In this document: positions 1-11,508 of the stretch, one piece after another
Position numbering within the stretch: position 1 is the stretch's first letter
Layout of the letters: each line of letters starts with the position of its first letter
Assembly: GCA_030264375.1 (NCBI GenBank)
Contig: JASCQW010000162.1
Coordinates: 84,758,593 to 84,822,592, forward strand
Origin: Carcharhinus longimanus
Lineage: Eukaryota
Reading direction: 5' to 3'
Length of the DNA stretch: 64,000 nucleotides
Program-made: the position numbers and the translations under genes
Notes under the pieces: generated by a model
Told to the model about the DNA's origin: nothing
Seen by the model: only the letters and a program-made list of their open reading frames with translations
Database searches by the model: none

Positions 1-995
1 AAGAACAAGAGGGCATGGATTTAAAGTGATTTGTAAAAGAAGCAAATGACATGTGAGGAAAAAAAATTTCACACAGCGAGTGGTTGGGATCTGGAATGCA
101 GTGCCTGGAAGCGGTTCAATGGAGGCATTCAAAAGGGTGTTAGATGATTATTTGAATAAAAACGATGTGAAATGGTACGGAGAAAAGGCAGAAGAATGGC
201 ATTATGTCATTTTGTTCATTTGGAGAGCATGTGTCGACATGAAGAGCCAAATGGTTTCCTTCTGCATCATAATAGTTCTGTGATTCTATGTTTAAATCCT
301 CTTGCAATAAAGGCCAATATATCATTTGCCTTTGATAAGACCTATTTTTGCACTGTGACAGGGGCAGAAATTTGATCTGGAGGGATTCAATAAAGGGTAC
401 AGGGGAGCATGGACAGAGATTTTGGGTATATGCCCACAAATCTTTGAAGGCAACAGAACAGCGCACCTCAGTGTTTCATAAAACGTACAGTATGCTTGGC
501 TGTGTAAGTAGAAGATTGGAGTGCAAAACCAAGGAAGTTATAAAGAACCTTTATAAAACATTAATTCCACATCTACTGGAATATTGAGTTCAGTTCTGGG
601 CACCACACTTTGGAAAGGACATGAAAGCTTTAGAGACAATGCAGAAAAGATTTATGAGAATAAAACTTCAGTTATGTGCATTGATCCAAAAAGCTGGGAT
701 TGTCCTTAGGAAAGAAAGCAATGAGGGGGGTTATCACAGGTGTTCAAAATCATAAGAAGCTAGACAAAGGAGATTGAGAACACAAGGGAAAAGATTTTTA
801 TGGGGCAAGTGTCTGGAATGAACTGCCTGAGTCTGTGCTGGAGGCAGATTCAATCATGGCTTTCAAAAGGAATTTGATAAAGAACCTGAAGAAAGAAAAT
901 ACAGGGACTAGACGGGCATGATGAGCTGCTTTGGCAGAGAGACAGCACAGTCAAGACAGACCAAATGGTCTTGTTCTGCACTTCAATGATTCTAA
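1..995 (+). mobile_element. Cluster of CR1 3' fragments
   Basis: RTRGH..K, FTQRVVGIWN and YKTLI.HLLEY..QFWAP motifs; gattctatg-type tails. Confidence 0.8.
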
Positions 996-2237
996 ATGTT
1001 GGCCAGGATTCCATGAGAATTCCCCTGCTATTCTTCAAAGTAATGCTTAAATTATTCTATAGTTTTAATGGCCAACACTGACCTCAGGATGAAGGCACCC
1101 TGGCTGCCACAAGAATAGTGGACATTCACCAAGGTGATGTATGGAAGATTGCAATTTCATCAAAATGAAGTGGGATCATTTGCGATTGCTGCATCTCTCT
1201 CAATGACATTGGGGGAATCCACAGAGCTACATGTACGTTTTTGAGGGCTCCGAGCAACACTGAGAATCCCTGGCATGTTCCCACTCATCCACTTCACTCC
1301 ACCTGGCAAGAAACCAATTAACCCCCTTCTCTTTGCATTTACATCTCCTCCCCAAGCCAAGCATGGATAGTGCACTGGGGAATATTCCCTTTGTTTGCCT
1401 GCCTCTCTTTTGAAGGATCTGGTCATTTAGATGTTTAGAGTAAAAGTAATCTTGAAGAGTATCGGCAGCACCATCCTCATGCTGCAATGTAGCCATAACT
1501 CCTGTAACATAAACAGCACAATATTATGACTGCTTACTTGGTAAATCTCAGGTGTAGTTTCTGGTCGAGGTGGAAGTTGGCAAAGTGAGCACCAAAGGTC
1601 CATAATGTGTGGAGTCTTCCTCCTCTTCACAGAGCACCTGATCCCTGCAGCCTCTTCTCTATTTGTCAGTTGTGTGCAGACCCAGAGGCATTACTTCAAC
1701 AGACCCTCTGTTATAAACTTCATTGCTCCCTGTGATGAACCAACAATTCCTTCCAAATCCACCAAGTCACAATAGAACACTTCAGTCTGGCTACCAACTT
1801 TGTAAGCCCAAAGTACCTCAAACATCAATTGAATGGCTGTCCTTTAACCAACCCTAGCTGGAACTCCCCTCAGCAAACGTGTTTGCTGGACCTGTGCAAG
1901 CCCAATTTCCCAAAACATGCATCAAGTCAGTCTCAACAGCTACTTGTCATTACAATCTAGCACTCTGGCTCACATGCTTGCACCCAGGAAGCTCATGCAG
2001 GTCACTCCAGAATCGCCATACAGTATCTTCTGTCTTTGGGACTCTGCATCTCTTGTCATCAATGGCACCACATTTTCACAATCTGAATTGTATCTACCGG
2101 AGGAAGTTGTGTAGAAGCAGACACTGGGAGTTGTGTANNNNNNNNNNNNNNNNNNNNNNNNNNNNNNNNNNNNNNNNNNNNNNNNNNNNNNNNNNNNNNN
2201 NNNNNNNNNNNNNNNNNNNNNNNNNNNNNNNNNNNNN

Positions 2238-2728
2238 TCAGGTTTTTCAAAATTGCTAATACATCTTCCCTCAGAACATCTACCTCCTCCATTCTATCAG
2301 CCTGTATCACACACTCATCCTCAAAAACATGACCCCCCTCCTTAGTGAACACTTAAGAAAAGTATTCATTCAACGCCTCACCTAATCCTTCTGACTCCAT
2401 GCACAAGTTCCCACTACTGTCCTTGACTGGCCCTAACTTTCCCTAGTCATTCTTTTATTTCTCACATAAGAGTAAAAAGCCTTGGAGTTTTCCTTTATCC
2501 AACCCGCCAAAGACTTATCATGCTCTCCCCGCTCTCCTAAGCCCTTTTTTAAAAACTCATTCGTAGCTATCTTATAACCCTCAAGTGACCCAACTAAACC
2601 TTGTTTTTTGATCCTTACATACACTTCCTTTTTCTTCTTGACAAGACATTCAACCTCCTTTGTGAAGCATGGTTCCCTCACTCGGCCATTTCCTCCCTGC
2701 CTGACAGGGACATACAATTCAAGGATAC
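2238..2728 (-). mobile_element. CR1 LINE internal fragment
   Basis: IKENSKAFYSYVRNKRMTRE and LNEYFS.VFTKE on the minus strand. Confidence 0.8.
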
Positions 2729-2825
2729 GAGGAGAATGTGCAAATTCCATACAGTCACCTGAGGCTAGAATTGAACCCAGGTTCAATTGTGAGGTAACTG
2801 TACTAACCACTGTGCCACCATGCTG
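2729..2825 (-). mobile_element. HE1/V-SINE-like 5' fragment
   Basis: Minus strand GGTGGCACAGTGGTTAGTAC...GGTTCAATTC (pol III A and B boxes). Confidence 0.65.
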
Positions 2826-3529
2826 AAAGAAAATTGGAAAATTCAAGCCTATTTTGAACACTCAAAAGTATCAAAAACTATATCTCAACAACAATATAGC
2901 TTGCAAAACATTGATGAATTAGCAAAACATAAATGAACAGTCACTGCAGCTGTGTGAGTGAAAGGTTATAACAAAATGCAAGATAATGTGGTAAGTGCAT
3001 TAGGATTTGGTTTATCCTCTTCTGAACAAGGCAGTTGTTTGCTTTATATTTTAGATTCAGAAAGGGATGAAATGGTATCATTAATGATTCCATGTCAAAA
3101 TTTTATAAATGTAATCACACAAATAGAAATTTAGGAATCAGATGGAAATATAGCTTGTTTTATTCCAGGAAGGCTTGCAAGTTGTTGTTTTTGCAGTTGT
3201 TTCTGCAATATTTTATTGATAGCAAAAGCTATTATTTAATTTCAAGTGATATACAGAAGACATTTATGATTTTTTCAAGATATTAATGAGGGGGAAAATG
3301 AGATAACCAAGAATCTTGAACTAGGGAAAAAAAAATACAGCATGTGACATGTCCAATGATAATCATGTTGGCTTCTTATGTTCACTTCCACATCTATGCA
3401 GAGTCGCTGACCAGAGACTGATAACCAAGTTCTGTACACAAGGACAGCCTCAACGGGGATCTTGGGTTCATGTCACACTATTTGTAAACCCCATGACTTG
3501 GCTGAACTTGCAACATCTCACTTACTGTC

Positions 3530-3765
3530 CTGTCTGGAGACAATACACATCTCTTTATCCCGTGCTTAGTGTTATCTCCACTCATTATCTGCATCTTTAA
3601 GACTTGATTAGTTGTAAAGGCTTACAATCTAATAAGTATTCTGTAAACCGAGTGTGTCTTTATATGCTGTTTGTGATCAGAACTCCCCACTCACCGGACA
3701 AAGGGGCAGAGCCTTGACAGCTGGTGGTGTTTGCTATCAAATAAACCTGTTGGACTTATTACTGT
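3530..3765 (+). mobile_element. Penelope-like terminal repeat fragment
   Basis: Ends ...atcaaataaacctgttggactt, the same family as the minus-strand copy at 5002-5130. The hammerhead-like core is decayed. Confidence 0.55.
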
Positions 3766-3779
3766 GTTACCCACAATGC

Positions 3780-4270
3780 CATTAGGGAGGGAATTCCAGG
3801 ATTTTGAGCCAGTGACTGTGAAGCAACAGCGATACATTTCCAAATCAGGACAATGAGTGGTTTGGAGGGGAACTTGCAGGTGGCAGTGTTCTCATATCAG
3901 CCACTTCCATCTAGAAGGACAAGGGCAATGGGCTTGGAAGGTGCTAAGGATTTGGTGAATTGCTGCAGTACATCGTGCAGATAGTACACGCTGCTGCTAC
4001 TAAGCTTCAGAGGTGAAGAGATTGAATATATGTAGATGTGATCCCAATCAAGGAGGCTGCTTTGTCCTGGATGGTGTCAAGGTTCAAGTGTTGTTGGAGC
4101 TGCACCCATCCAGAAAAGTGGGGAGTATTCCACCACACTCCTGACTTGTGCCTTGCAGATGGTGAATAGGCTCTGGGAAGTCAGGAGGTAATCACTCAAC
4201 ACAGCATTCCTGGTCTTGTAGTCAGCATTTGAGATAAAACGAATTCTGGTCAATGATAACCCCAAGGACG
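3780..4270 (-). mobile_element. Non-LTR retrotransposon RT C-terminal fragment (clade uncertain)
   Basis: SLFTICKAQVRSVVEYSPLFWMGAAPTTL resembles the LINE ORF2 C-terminal Y...VRS.LEY motif. Confidence 0.65.
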
Positions 4271-4285
4271 TTAACAGTTCGGATT

Positions 4286-4685
4286 CATAAGAACTAGGAG
4301 CAGGAGGAGGCCATCTAGCCTTTCATGCTTGCCCCACCTTTCAATAAGATCATGGCTGATCTGAAGTGGATCAGTTCCACTTTCCCACTTTCTCCCCATA
4401 ACCCTTAATTCACCTATCAGAAACCTATCTACCCGTGACTTAAATATATTCANNNNNNNNNNNNNNNNNNNNNNNNNNNNNNNNNNNNNNNNNNNNNNNN
4501 NNNNNNNNNNNNNNNNNNNNNNNNNNNNNNNNNNNNNNNNNNNNNNNNNNNNTAAGGCCTCAGCCATTTCCTCATCTCCCACCACTAAATCCCCCCTCTC
4601 ATCCTCTAAGGGTCCAACATTCACTGTAGCCAGCCTCCTCTTTATATATTTGTAAAAACTTTTACTGTCCTTTTTTTATATTCAG
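4286..4685 (-). mobile_element. 5'-truncated CR1 LINE spanning a gap
   Basis: NVGPLEDERGDLVVGDEEMAEAL plus a CR1 3' UTR tail. Confidence 0.8.
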
Positions 4686-5001
4686 TAATGGTAAACAATA
4701 AAACAATAAATTTTAATGCTCTTAAAATTCTATTTGACTTCAAGACAGAGTTAAAGTCTCTCAAAGAGTGTTGGATAGAAAACTGGAACTGGAGAAGGAT
4801 GCTGAATTACATCAAGAACTGAATATCGATTTACTTCCAATTTACGTCATTAGTTCATTTACTATATTCTGAATGCTTTGTGCGTTAAGATACAAAGCCT
4901 TTGTGCTGGTCTTTTTGAATCACCCTTTTTGTACTGTTGCTTTATTTGCCTCTCATTCTTGATTACCCTGCCTACTGCTTTTGCTGTTCTTATTTTTATT
5001 G

Positions 5002-5130
5002 TAAAAAGTCCAACAACACCAGGTTTTAGTCCAACTAATTTATTTGATAGTAAACTCAAGCTTTCGAGGAGACTCCCTCTTCGTCAGGTGAATGGAGTGT
5101 TCTGGCCTCGGACAAAGCATATAAAGCACA
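5002..5130 (-). mobile_element. Penelope-like terminal repeat with a minimal hammerhead ribozyme motif
   Basis: Minus strand CAC-CTGACGA-A-GAGG-GAGTCT-CCTC-GAAA-GCTT, followed by AATAAA. Confidence 0.65.
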
Positions 5131-5469
5131 GACATCCACATCATGACTTATTTTTATTACCATCTGTTTCTTTCCCTTATCATCCTGCTTAGGTTCCCAT
5201 CCCCCTGCTATTCTAATTTAAACCCTCTCCCAAGAAATGAAGCTTAGCTTGCTAACAAAAGAAAACTAAGGGAATTGAACAGATTGCAGAAATAAGATTG
5301 AGGAACAAACAATTAGCAGGAACAAAAATTTAAGTCCACATCAACAACTTGCAAATAGTTTGTAAAACCAACACTATGAAAAGCAAACAAGATTAGGTAC
5401 AGTACAAATTCCCAGGGAAAAGTGACCTGAACAAGGACTGTATAGCAGAGCATTTAAAAAGCAGTGGCA

Positions 5470-6360
5470 GCAGAGTAAACATGGATTTATGAAGGGGAAA
5501 TCATGCTTGACAAATCTGTTGAAATTCTTTGAAGATGTAAGCAGTAGAGTTGACAAGGAGAATTAAGTCAATGTGATATATTTGGATTTTTAGAAGGTGT
5601 TTGACAAAGGTCCACATAAAGTGGGAGAGGGGAGTGTGCACCAGTCGCTGAAGATAAGCATGATTAAAGTGCATGGGATTCAAGAAAATGCCTTGAGATG
5701 GATAGATAACTGGCTGGCAGAGAGGGAAAGAAAGAGTAGGAATGAAGTTATAGGGCTTATGAGGAAAGGCTGAGGGACTTGAGGTTATTTTCATTACAGA
5801 GAAGGTTACAAGGTGACTTAATTGAGGCATACAAGATGATCAGAGGGTGAGATATGGTGGACAGTGAGAGCCTTTTTCCTTGGATGGTTATGGCTAACAC
5901 AAGGGGACATAGCTTTAAAGGGGTGGTAGTTATAGNNNNNNNNNNNNNNNNNNNNNNNNAATTTGGATAAATGTGAGGTTATTCACTTTGGAAGCAAAAA
6001 CAAGGCAGCAGATTACTACCTGAATGGCTGTAAATTTTGGGGGGGTGCAGTGGGACATCAGTGCCCTTGTGCACCAGTCGCTGAAGGGAAACATGCAGTA
6101 GGTGGTAAAGGCAGCAAATGATATGTTGGCTTTCAGTGAGAGATACACCAAGGGTCACAGTCTGAGGATTTAGGATGGAAATGAGGACATTTCTTCACCC
6201 AGAGTGGTGAGCTGCAGGTTTCATTACCACAGGTAGTAGTTGATGCCAAAACATTAAATGTATTCAAGAGGTGACTAGATATAGGGATCATAATGAATGA
6301 TGGAGCAGGCTGAAAGTACGAATGACCTCCTCCAGCTTCCATCTTCTACGTTTCTATGTA
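5470..6360 (+). mobile_element. CR1 RT and 3' fragments
   Basis: HGFMKGKSCLTNLLKFFEDV and YLDF.KVFDK; 3' UTR tail ending tttctatgt. Confidence 0.85.
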
Positions 6361-6844
6361 AGACTGGTTTCCTCATTTGTAGCTACTACATATTAATGTG
6401 CCAAGAACTGTTAAGAACAATTTGGCTTTGGAGGAGGCCAAAAAGAGAATTAATCGATTGGACCAAGCAACTAAAATGTTTACAAAGAGGTCACTCGTGA
6501 AAAATTCAACATTTTCATTGTGCCATTAAATAAATCACATATTGGAACTGGATGTTGATTAATACATCTCAATGGCAAGTTATGACTGCACTAACAGTTA
6601 CCCACAATCACCAATATAAGTTAGCAATGTCACTGTAATGGAGAATTAAACAAATAGGGTGATCCTTGTATCAATACGCTTGTGACAAAGGATTCTTCAG
6701 CCCTTGACTTTACAGATCAAAGATATCCAACTTACCAGTTCTAAAAAAGTTACCTTTAAGTTGCACCAAGTTTTAGATGAGGAAAGCTTAGAAGCAGCAG
6801 AGGTGTGTGTTTTGGTCAGACGTTTGCTAAATAATTAACAACAA

Positions 6845-9615
6845 AAAATCAATGGCACCACATTTTTATTGACATTTGTTTGGTCCTCTGATAATTTCAA
6901 TACCATTGCTTATTTATGGGAAAATAAAATTTATACATTTTTTTATATAATTGTATTGCACATTGATTTTGGTAAACTTTAATAGGTCACTGTCTTGTAT
7001 ATTAAACATCCAGCTGAGTAAATACTTTTATTTGTAAAAAAAATCTGACAATTAACCTTACCAATGTGTTAAAAAAAGATGCAATGTGCTTTGCTGTCTT
7101 CTGCCATTGCAGTGAAATTGGTCAATTAGATAACGTTTGCGATATCAATAGAAATCAGCTAAAATTTTAAAACCTTTGCATTAAGCTTGAACATTTGGCA
7201 CCTTCATTGCACATATAACTGAAAGAAGATTCTAACACAATTGAGCCCTGTTCCAGGGTCAAGCTTTTTCTTCACCCACCCAAAAGGCCACTCCATGACT
7301 GAGGAACTACAGACTGAATGATTGCACAGATCCCATTTGACTGGGGAAAATAAAAATCAGAGGGCAGAGGTCACTGGACAAAGAGGCCAATGCGTAAAGA
7401 GAACAGGCAAACTTCCTCCAATAATATTAATGATTACGCACAGACCTGTCCAAGTTATTTTCAGTCCAGTTTCTAGATTCAAAATTTCAGCAACCCAACA
7501 AGGAAACCATCATTAACAAGGGATTTTGATACAGTTGCGACTTCAGATAGTTTAGGTGCATTGCACAAAAGCTGAAAAGAAGTCCTGCTGTGAAGGTAGC
7601 CTCATGTGCAGCACTGAAGTGAAAGACATGTTTGAACCATGATTTCACTATCTTTGGTTCCCAGCCCCCCTCTACTTGTCAAGGAAGATACTGAACAGGA
7701 GTAAGGTGCTTCCTTATTTGAATGATAACAATGTTACTGAAATGCAAGCCATTCTTGAACAACTGGAAATAGTGGATTAACCACAACTCCTTAAGTACTT
7801 GGTCAGAAAATGTAGTCAGTGTCGACTCATGGCATCAACAAAATTCAATCAATCGGCTATAAAGTGATTGAGATGTCCGACGGTCATGAAAGGTGCGATA
7901 TAAATTCAAGTCTTTTTCTTTTTAATGGCTGTTTGACATTTGAAATTGGTTAATTTCAGCAGCCCGTCACAGCTTCCATGTTCCAGACATGATCAGCTGC
8001 CTGAACTACACAACTTTTGTTCTTCGTGATCAGGAACTTGTCAAAGGTAGAGCAATTCTTCTGGACTATAAAATCAGACTTTGAAGTCAGTAGCATATGG
8101 AAAGGACAGGTGTGAAATTACCTCTATTTCACCGAAGCACTGAGTTGTCACAATCCAGAGAGAAAATATGCACACACAAAAGAAAGTGTCCCCATTTAAT
8201 AAGGGTTACAATGTAGACCAGGAAATAAGTAACCAGGTGGGATTGTGGGAAGTATTTAAAAACTATTATGTTCACTATTTTTCTGAAAAAGTCATAAATA
8301 TTCCATCACAATAGCCTAACATGTTCTTTTAGAACCACCCCATTCTAACATTATAATTCACCAAACACAAAACATGGAATGAATTTCAATAATTGCCTAA
8401 AATCTTTTGACAGTTCATTTACATCGGAGGTAATTCAGAAACAGAGGTTTCGAAAGTATTTGACAAAGGTTTCACCGGTAAAGCATAAGATTGTAAAACA
8501 GGCAATGCTAAAGTTCAAAGTGAGCATTCATCAACTGTCAAAAGTGCTCAAAAGATCCCAATAGCAAATGTCATCAAAACTAAATGGCACAAGATGGCAA
8601 GTGAAAACAACTGTGCAATACCAAGGAATGTTAGAATGCTGACTAGAACCCAACTGCAAGAGTTCCCAAACTGAGCCGTATCAAAAGTGGAGGTGATATT
8701 GAGCAGCTTTGGAACACCTCTTCCCCCTTCAAGGATTTGTGGTCTTGACACGACTGTTATGGCGATATCTAAGCTGTTACGGAGGCAAAGAAATTTTACC
8801 TTCAGGGGACAGGTCATAACAGGTCATCGACAAAAATAAACCAAATTGTGGCTGATGAATATATCTCAATCATAACACACTTGAACATCAGTGTTGCAGT
8901 CCATAACGCACACAGGTACAGTTGTAAACAAGCTCAACTATCTTATGGACAATGCATACACATTGGACAGCTAGCACAAGTCAGTAGATTTGATGCTCAG
9001 ACATGAGATGATCTACTTCTGGCGAATGGTGAAAATACTGATAGCTACAAGGCACATTAGGCAAATTTGTAGATTATACGTTATCCCTCCATCCAATATT
9101 TGGACACCTTGCACACAATACAGTACTCCTGGAAAGATACCCCAAGTGCATGGTCTTTAACAGGTCAGATCATCACCATTTCTTAGTTCTCACATACATG
9201 TGCAGCTCAGAATAAACGTGCATTCTGCGATGTACACTGAAACACTCATTTCAAATCATTGTACATTTAAGGGTAAATTACTGAGATTCAAACCCACTTA
9301 AACAAATATCTAGTATAAGTCTTAGATTTTATTCTTTTTGGAAGAGCCCTGTAGTTAAGCGATTATTCCTACGCCTTCACAGAAGGCACTATGCATCAAA
9401 ACCCCACCCCTTTAAACAAAAAAATTCTTCCCCTGCACAAAAGGGTTTAGATGTAATATCACTATTACAGAGGTGAAATTTCATGTCCTAGAAATGTTTT
9501 GAGAAGTTGTAAAAATCACAATAAATAAATGTCAATATATTTATACACAAAATAAGTTGCATAGTTGAAAATTAAGTCCCTGTCTATTCACATGAGCACT
9601 TCTTATGAGGTTGCT
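6845..9615 (-). other. EDEM1: Putative EDEM1 3' UTR (about 2.8 kb)
   Basis: Largely repeat-poor, AU-rich stretch after the stop codon, ending near candidate poly(A) signals. The end point is inferred. Confidence 0.5.
6865..6870 (-). terminator. Candidate EDEM1 polyadenylation signal AATAAA
   Basis: The minus strand reads AATAAAAATGTGGTGCCATTGATTTTTTGTTGTT, a hexamer followed by a GU/U-rich element. A second AATAAA lies at 7027-7032. Confidence 0.5.
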
Positions 9616-9705
9616 TTAAAGAAGTCCCACCATCTGGTCAATCTGCTGCATGTAAACTCCTTTCAAGGGCAGCGCGTATCTCCGCTCACTGGGGACTCTG
9701 CTGCA
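9616..9705 (-). CDS. EDEM1: EDEM1 exon 12, coding part with TAA stop
   Basis: acag|[29 protein letters not shown], matching the vertebrate EDEM1 C-terminus. Confidence 0.95.
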   Translation of the reverse strand, partial: CSRVPSERRYALPLKGVYMQQIDQMVGLL

Positions 9706-10530
9706 CTGTGGAAACATTATTTTTTGAAGCAATTAGTTTTATCACAATAGTATCATGTGCTGCCAAGTTAGAATAGGGGTGATTAATTTTATACAAACAA
9801 ATGGTTCACGAACATATGCAAATTGCTGCAATTTTTTTTAAAAATGCACAAGGATTTTTAACCTGCATATTTGCCAAACTAGATATGCACAGTAGTACAT
9901 TATACTTGATACAGCCAGGAATGTGCACATTCCCATTAACCAATACTTCCCAAATTGAACACGTTATTAGAATACCCATTTTGCAGTACAAACCAATACT
10001 CTTCATCTAGAAGAGGGGGGAAAGAACTCAAATACTACTCCATGAACAATTCTGTGCAAATTGTTTTATCAGTTGTGCAGTTTTATCTAAAGCCTTTTGG
10101 ATTAACTTTTATGTTCAAACACAAGCCTGCACTACAGAAAAGCCCCATCTAATGCAACGTAGATTCACTTTATTTGTAACTTTACTCTTCAGACCATCTG
10201 AAGTTAATGATACTTTGAAACCGATGATGAGATCCAGACCAGAGATCCAGATCAGTGATCCACAGCAACAGCAGAACACAAACTTCCTGGTTGCTAGATT
10301 TAGGCCTCTGAGGCAAAACAACAAACCATCAAGGTAACTCTGAACCAGAGAGAGAGAAAGAGAGAGAAAAATACAGGATATATAAACTGCTGGTCATGAT
10401 CTTACATTACAACATGTGCACAATCTCAGGCTGGACACACTCAATGGTAGCCTAAAAAAAGGGTCCAGTATATAGAAAACAAGAGTTCCATTCTTTAAAT
10501 CGTGCAAATCCCCGAGCTTAGTTTACTTAC

Positions 10531-11317
10531 TGTGATGTTAGTGTACTTTTAGGAGATTTTCTTTTTAAATTATGTTCTCTGCAGTTCTGTGTTGCCAAGT
10601 TGTCCGTAGAAGCACTTTATTGCTCCTTAAATGGAGTTTGTTTGTGCTTACTTTGGGATCTTTTAGGACCCTGCATTATTATGAAGGTCATGTGTTTTGG
10701 ACAGTTTTTTCCCCCTTCCTAGTGAATTTAAGGCTTAATTTTCCATTTTGGCTGGCAGCCTATTTAGTTTTATAAGGGACGTCAAGCTGAAAGTAATATT
10801 TCTCTCTCGGTTTTGGAAATTCTGCTGGTTAGCTGCAAGTATGGTTTCTTGCCTTCCTGAAGTGGAGATTCTGCGTTGTTGGCTCGACCAGCATATCTCC
10901 CTGGCGTTCTGACAAGCTGTTCTGACTCCAAGCTCGTCTGTGGGCCCCTCAAAGAACTGCAGCATTCATCCAAAGGACTCAGTCCCACTATCACATCAGC
11001 TTTAGTCTTTGCTGTGTTAAACATGTGGAAAGTTTTTTTTGGTCTATGGGAAATTTGTTCGACTGGAACATTTTAGATATATTTAAGGGTTAGACATGGT
11101 CGTGATTGTGTTTTTGTTTGGAATTGATAAAAGTTATTACTAATTTTCTTTCTATACGTTAAATATATTCTTAAATAAACTCAATTTGATTAAAAGTTCT
11201 AGGTCAGTTGAATCATGAGGTGAAACATATTATGCTTATCCTAGCCAAATTCAACATGCAAAACTCAGGATCCAGACAGGCTTCAGAAAACACTTGTTTC
11301 TGACCCAAATTATAACA
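10531..11317 (+). mobile_element. Solo LTR (787 bp) with 5-bp TSD CTTAC in EDEM1 intron 11
   Basis: Begins TGTGAT and ends ATAACA (TG...CA with an imperfect terminal inverted repeat). CTTAC lies at both 10526-10530 and 11318-11322. A TATA-like TTATAAG near 10770 and AATAAA at 11174-11179 are on the + strand. Confidence 0.8.
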
Positions 11318-11322
11318 CTTAC

Positions 11323-11508
11323 ATTAATGCTGGAATTGGCAGGTTTGTGGTCCAGCACTCCAGAGTTATCTACAGTACCTTCTTCTTTAGAAGATACATC
11401 TTCCCAAGGTTTTTCTCTGAAAAGTTTATCTACTGGCAAAATATGGCCTTCTGTTGTGAAAATATATTTGCTCCCAGACCTGTGCAATGGGTTATCTTCA
11501 TCAAATAG
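11323..11508 (-). CDS. EDEM1: EDEM1 exon 11 (186 nt)
   Basis: tcag|LFDEDNPLHRSGSKYIFTTEGHILPVDKLFREKPWEDVSSKEEGTVDNSGVLDHKPANSSIN|GTAAGT. Confidence 0.94.

Noticed and set aside
1040-2137. Possible Harbinger/PIF transposase remnant or unknown exons
   Set aside because: Only vague peptide hints (PNVI, HPGSS). No coherent motif order or splice structure.
7860-7922. Conserved regulatory element in the EDEM1 3' UTR
   Set aside because: It resembles the SINE/LINE tail (gaaaggtgcgatataaattcaagtc) also seen near 43260-43290, so it is more simply an old repeat fragment.
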